From Faecousia sp. (GTDB lineage: Bacteria > Bacillota > Clostridia > Oscillospirales > Oscillospiraceae), in NCBI GenBank assembly GCA_045595075.1, contig JAZNZT010000028.1, positions 47,162 through 111,161 on the forward strand: 64,000 nucleotides of DNA, read 5' to 3'. Below are positions 59,878-64,000 of this stretch, one piece after another (positions within the stretch are counted from its first letter, which is position 1; each line of letters starts with the position of its first letter). A program made the position numbers and the translations under genes. A model generated the notes under the pieces. The model made no database searches. It was given only the letters and a program-made list of their open reading frames with translations, and had not been told where the DNA came from.

Positions 59878-61702
59878 AGGTCACCTCCCGAAGCAATTTA
59901 TTGGCTCCGCAGCCACTGCAGCCATGTCGGCAATCCGGTGTGACTTGGGCATCATATGATCTGTGTTTTTCTTTGAGCAGAAAGTCTTTGGACACGCCAA
60001 CATCAATCATATCCCATGGCAAATGCTCATCTTCTGCATATCCTCTGGTTGTATAGAAGTCAGGATCAATATTGCACGAAGAAAATGCATCCAACCATGT
60101 TTGATATGAGAAATGTTCATCCCAACCATCCAGCTTTGCGCCGTGCAGAACAGCATGTTCCAAAACAGCACCGATCCGACGATCGCCGCGAGCAACTACT
60201 GCTTCCAGCCTGCTAAGATCGGGCGCATGATAATTGTATTCGATAGATTTTGAATAAAAGTGACTTTTCAGTAGTTTTGCGCGACGCAAATATTCCTCCG
60301 GTGTGATCTGCTTTTCCCACTGGAAGGGTGTATGGGGTTTGGGGACAAAGAAAGCCGTGGCAACATGTACGCGCAGCCCCCTTTTTTTATTGGAAGCATG
60401 CTCTTTCCATACTTTGATTATTTTATAAACAAGATCAGCAATACCCAAAACATCTTCATCTGTTTCTGTGGGCAGACCCAGCATAAAATAAAGTTTAACA
60501 TTATTCCAGCCGCCGGAAAATGCATTTGCACAGGTTGTCAAGATCTCTTCTTCAGTAAGATTTTTATTGATAACATTTCTTAAACGCTGCGTTCCTGCCT
60601 CTGGGGCAAAGGTTAGTCCGCTTTTGCGGAGGGTTTGAAGCCGCATCATCAAATCTCTTGAGAAATTATCTGCCCTTAAAGACGGGACTGACAGATTGAT
60701 CCGATTTCTCTCACAGTAAGGTATCATTTGATCAGTTAGTTCTTTCAGTTCCCGATAATCCGAGGTGGACAAACTGGAAACAGTGATCTCATTGTGTCCT
60801 GAATCACGAAGCATCTCTACCGCTTGACGGTACAAAACATCTGCGCTTTTTTTACGAACCGGACGACAGGAAAACCCTGCCTGACAAAAACGGCATCCGC
60901 GTATACATCCACGGAAAGCCTCAAGGTTGGCTCTGTCATGGACGATCTCCGTGGAAGGAACGATCATTTTTGTGGGATAATAGGCGTTATCCAAATCTTC
61001 AACTATTCTTTTCGTAATAACTCTGGGCGCATCCTCGTCGACAATATAATCAGCCAGTGTACCGTCCTCGTTATACTTAGGTGTATACATAGAAGGAACA
61101 TAGATTCCGGGAATCTTGGAAACCTCCCTGAGAAATTTTTCCTTAGACCAGTCCTCAGCCTTAGCTGTATCGTATAAACTGATTATTTCCGGTGTGACCT
61201 CCTCTCCTTCGCCAACAGCAAAAAAGTCGATGAAGTCCGCTAGAGGTTCAGGGTTAAACGCGCAAACGCCACCAGCAAAAACTAAATTTTTAAGGCCTTT
61301 ACGATCAGACGAATGCATTGGAATACCGGCAAGCATCAGCATATTAAGGATATTCGTATAGCACATTTCATATCCAATGGTAAAAGCAATCATATCAAAA
61401 TTCTTCACCGGATCCTGGCTCTCCAGCGCCCACAACGGAATATCGTTGGCACGAATAGCGTCTTCCATATCAGACCACGGTGCAAATACCCGCTCGCACC
61501 ATACGCCGTCCATTTGGTTCATAATGCCATAGAGTATGCGCATTCCTACATTGGACATACCAATCTCGTATGTATCCGGAAAACAAAAAGCTACCCGTAC
61601 CCGGATTCGGGACAGGTCTTTTTTAATCTCATTATATTCTCCTCCGGTATATCGTGCCGGCTTTTGAACCGTCGGAAGAATCCGTTGAAGCATTGTAGTC
61701 AT
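59867..61702 (-). CDS. TIGR03960 family B12-binding radical SAM protein
   Basis: VQKPARYTGGE, FPDTYEIGMSN, CIRGCRFC, FAPEAGTQRLR. Confidence 0.94.
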   Translation of the reverse strand: MTTMLQRILPTVQKPARYTGGEYNEIKKDLSRIRVRVAFCFPDTYEIGMSNVGMRILYGIMNQMDGVWCERVFAPWSDMEDAIRANDIPLWALESQDPVKNFDMIAFTIGYEMCYTNILNMLMLAGIPMHSSDRKGLKNLVFAGGVCAFNPEPLADFIDFFAVGEGEEVTPEIISLYDTAKAEDWSKEKFLREVSKIPGIYVPSMYTPKYNEDGTLADYIVDEDAPRVITKRIVEDLDNAYYPTKMIVPSTEIVHDRANLEAFRGCIRGCRFCQAGFSCRPVRKKSADVLYRQAVEMLRDSGHNEITVSSLSTSDYRELKELTDQMIPYCERNRINLSVPSLRADNFSRDLMMRLQTLRKSGLTFAPEAGTQRLRNVINKNLTEEEILTTCANAFSGGWNNVKLYFMLGLPTETDEDVLGIADLVYKIIKVWKEHASNKKRGLRVHVATAFFVPKPHTPFQWEKQITPEEYLRRAKLLKSHFYSKSIEYNYHAPDLSRLEAVVARGDRRIGAVLEHAVLHGAKLDGWDEHFSYQTWLDAFSSCNIDPDFYTTRGYAEDEHLPWDMIDVGVSKDFLLKEKHRSYDAQVTPDCRHGCSGCGANKLLREVTCDA

Positions 61703-61721
61703 CTATTGTACCTCATATATT

Positions 61722-62327
61722 TTATCTGCTATATTGTACCCTTTGTTTCCTTGGTTTGCAAGGATTTTTTAATAATCCCATTTTAACCAACACAGACAGC
61801 AACATAAGTATAGGGAAGAAACCCAAGTTAAAACGAACCATAAGACAGACGCAGATCAACGCAAGTAACATAAGGACTATATTTTCAACGAACCTAAATA
61901 TCTTTTCACCTATTTCACCAGGAAGCAAAGTCAAAAAGATACAACGTAATGCTCTTCCACCGTCATAAGGAAAAATTGGAATCAGATTGTAGGCAGACTG
62001 AAACAAGGCGCAAAGTGCTAACGCAGGAATATATTCTGCGAATAAAAGCAGTAACAAACTACCTGTTGGACCAGCTAAAGCAACAATTAATTCATGAGAT
62101 TCTTTCATTTGACCAGTTTTGATGGTCACTCCGGATATAGAAGCTTTAATATAAACTATATTATATTTAAGTAAAAGAATTGCGAAAAAATGACATGCTT
62201 CATGAAAGAATATTGCCGTAAACCACGCAAGTACCCACTTAATAGGTATCAGCAAAAGCATAATACAAATCCCAATATAAAAACTTGGTTCTATTAATAC
62301 TGAAATTTTATTCCCGTATGTCTGCAC
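61722..62327 (-). CDS. spoIVFB: Site-2 (M50) protease, SpoIVFB-like, no CBS domain
   Basis: HEACH, VALAGP, NLIPIFPYDGG; upstream of TIGR03960. Confidence 0.78.
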   Translation of the reverse strand: MQTYGNKISVLIEPSFYIGICIMLLLIPIKWVLAWFTAIFFHEACHFFAILLLKYNIVYIKASISGVTIKTGQMKESHELIVALAGPTGSLLLLLFAEYIPALALCALFQSAYNLIPIFPYDGGRALRCIFLTLLPGEIGEKIFRFVENIVLMLLALICVCLMVRFNLGFFPILMLLSVLVKMGLLKNPCKPRKQRVQYSR

Positions 62328-62604
62328 AATCCAAGATCTCCCTACAAAAGGTTTGAACTACTTCCACAATGCTTTCGCCGTTTTTCAAGTCTGATGTCAT
62401 ATCATTTATAGCGCGTCTTGCAGTATCTGCATTTCGACGAAAAAACATTTCCCGAAGGCACGAAGTACTGCCTGTAAGTATGAATATAGTAGTTACTGCC
62501 GCCATAAGGCCAACAATAATGTATTTAATCTGCTTGGTAGAAAAACAGCCGATTCCAATTTGTTTTTTTCTGACCTTATTGTCATAGCATATTTTATATC
62601 GCAA
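62308..62604 (-). CDS. Small single-TM hypothetical protein
   Basis: TTG start behind GGTGGTGA; one hydrophobic helix; overlaps the M50 protease start. Confidence 0.65.
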   Translation of the reverse strand: MRYKICYDNKVRKKQIGIGCFSTKQIKYIIVGLMAAVTTIFILTGSTSCLREMFFRRNADTARRAINDMTSDLKNGESIVEVVQTFCREILDCADIRE

Positions 62605-62677
62605 AAAATCACCACCCAGAAACATGATACGTTCAGTTTTTCTTTAAAATGATTACATTCAAAAAGTTCTGATGCAC

Positions 62678-62706
62678 TTGACAATGCAAAGATATTTCAT
62701 TATAAT
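62678..62706 (+). promoter_or_regulatory. Consensus SigA promoter for tRNA-Pro(CGG)
   Basis: TTGACA-17-TATAAT. Confidence 0.9.
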
Positions 62707-62718
62707 CTTTTAGGAAAT

Positions 62719-62795
62719 CGGGGTGTGGCGAAGTTTGGTATCGCGCTTGGTTCGGGTCCAAGAGGCCTCGGGTTCGAATCCCGACACTCCGACCA
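62719..62795 (+). tRNA. tRNA-Pro(CGG)
   Basis: CGGGGTG...CTTGG-TTCGGGT-CCAAG...GGTTCGAATCC..CACTCCG-A-CCA, 77 nt. Confidence 0.97.
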
Positions 62796-62831
62796 AAAAC
62801 CGGTGACCGCATCCGTGGTTGCCGGTTTTTT
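62795..62831 (+). terminator. Terminator after tRNA-Pro(CGG)
   Basis: AAAAACCGGTGACCGC-ATCC-GTGGTTGCCGGTTTTTT. Confidence 0.85.
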
Positions 62832-62833
62832 AA

Positions 62834-62969
62834 TCGAGTGGTGGGATTTGATAGGACGGCATCAGTCCACTGACTGGTGTAAAAAGGTGTCCGGCGGACA
62901 TTTTTTTAGTCCGTGGGAGAATCCATTTCTTTCAGAACGCATTCCATTGGGATGTAGACTAAAAGAAAT
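62834..62969. repeat. REP-like multi-hairpin element downstream of tRNA
   Basis: GGATT..GGAC-[GCATCAGTC/GACTGGTGT]-[AAAAAGGTGTCC/GGACATTTTTTT]-GTCC..AATCC, plus a further hairpin at 62925-62969. Confidence 0.6.
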
Positions 62970-62995
62970 TTGTACGATAATTAAACACTCCAACA

Positions 62996-63024
62996 AAAAG
63001 AGGACTGCTTTGCAGTCCTCTTTT
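62996..63024 (-). terminator. Terminator after HD-domain gene
   Basis: AAAAGAGGACTGC-TTT-GCAGTCCTCTTTT. Confidence 0.88.
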
Positions 63025-63029
63025 ATCTG

Positions 63030-63689
63030 TCAAATTAATTGCTGTTCATTAATAATCAATTTAAACTGCAGCCCCAGTTTTTCGGCTGCCTTCCGGCACA
63101 GGATCATTCGTTCCATAAAAATCTCAAAATAGTCCATAACCGAGCTATATTGAGTATCCACAGTGAGCTTAAGCTCCACTTCGGTTTTATCCTCGTTGAT
63201 CATCAGCTGCGATTTTTTAACGGAATAATTCACTCTGTCATGTTTATCAAATGTGGCTATATCCGCATTTCTTACCCGGCTACGGCGCACATCTGCCTTA
63301 TCCGCAAGGATCAACGCGGCGGCAACAGGATTCACCGGAACACCAGTTCCCTCATCATGATTTCCGATTGCAGTTATGATCGTAGCAATATCTGCGGGTT
63401 CGCATCCCATATCATTAAGAATGCTCCACGCCATCACCGCACCGGATTGGGAATGTTCTTTCCGGTTAACAAGATTTCCAATATCATGCAAATAACCGGC
63501 AATCTTTGCCAGCTCAATGCTTCGCGAGTCAAACCCCATTGCAGTAAGAATATATCCTGCCATTTCCGCAACGTGCATTACATGGGCAAAGCTATGTTCT
63601 GTATACCCTAAGGCGACCAAAGATTCATCAGCGCGAATAATATATGTTTTAATAGCTTCATTACTCGTCACTTGTTTATATGTCAGCAT
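63030..63689 (-). CDS. HD-domain metal-dependent phosphohydrolase
   Basis: TEH..AH, YLHDIGN, H.QSG, GNHDE, ADKAD. Confidence 0.92.
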   Translation of the reverse strand: MLTYKQVTSNEAIKTYIIRADESLVALGYTEHSFAHVMHVAEMAGYILTAMGFDSRSIELAKIAGYLHDIGNLVNRKEHSQSGAVMAWSILNDMGCEPADIATIITAIGNHDEGTGVPVNPVAAALILADKADVRRSRVRNADIATFDKHDRVNYSVKKSQLMINEDKTEVELKLTVDTQYSSVMDYFEIFMERMILCRKAAEKLGLQFKLIINEQQLI

Positions 63690-63823
63690 GTATTTACCTC
63701 CTCATTATATTTAGTTTAACACATCAGGATCCAACAGAAAAGAGCTTCTTTACAATATTTACAATTTATTTTCACTTGAAATAGTTTTCTATAATTATGC
63801 CATACTATTTCCGGAGGTATCTT

Positions 63824-64000
63824 ATGTGTACTGCGATAAGTTATAATGCAATCCACCACTATTTTGGCAGGAATCTGGATCTGGAATACAACTATTGTGA
63901 GTCTGTCACTGTAACACCCAGAAATTATCCGTTTGTATATAGGCACGGACGTTGTGACAACAAGCACTACGCGATGATTGGAATGGCTACTGTTGTTGAT
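63824..64000 (+). CDS. bsh: Choloylglycine hydrolase (bile salt hydrolase / penicillin V acylase family), 5' part; runs off window
   Basis: GGAGGT RBS; MCTAISY...HYFGRNLDLEY.Y.E.V.VTPRNYPF...HYAMIGMA with Cys2 nucleophile; not in ORF track. Confidence 0.9.
   Translation, partial: MCTAISYNAIHHYFGRNLDLEYNYCESVTVTPRNYPFVYRHGRCDNKHYAMIGMATVVD

Noticed and set aside
62725-63132. 135-aa ORF on + strand
   Set aside because: Reads through tRNA-Pro(CGG), terminators and the HD gene end; spurious
63716-63967. 83-aa minus-strand ORF at window end
   Set aside because: Antisense to the clear bsh start and spans the divergent promoter region

Overview
Core chromosomal segment of a spore-forming Clostridia-type Firmicute; an Oscillospiraceae-like gut lineage is inferred from gene style and a bile-salt hydrolase. 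There are no phage, IS, CRISPR or rRNA features. Genes run mostly on + up to ~27.9 kb (sigF end, pcrA-yunB-ligA, yqfCD-phoH-ybeY-era-yqzL-recO-mutS2, HPr, uvrC-rsmD-coaD, pgm, xerD, xerC). After that they run almost all on - (radA, cwlD, nusB-xseAB-ispA, spoIIIAA-AH, tepA-uppP-ftsK, tig-clpP-clpX-lon-engB, rplS-lepB-rbgA-rnhB, radical SAM pair, spoIVFB), so the window probably holds the replication terminus. A candidate 28-bp dif site lies at 20381-20408, just upstream of xerD. The most unusual observations are: (1) structured, tRNA-derived inverted/direct repeat modules downstream of both tRNA-Pro genes; (2) intact reading frames for enzyme homologues that have lost catalytic residues (a threonine-synthase-like protein without the PLP lysine and a whole domain, a BacA/UppP without its four key catalytic residues, and a degenerate amidohydrolase paired with an active one); (3) dif, xerD, xerC and ftsK clustered together. 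Two genes missed by the ORF track were found (yqzL and the 5' end of bsh). All calls are by-eye motif recognition; no database searches were run.
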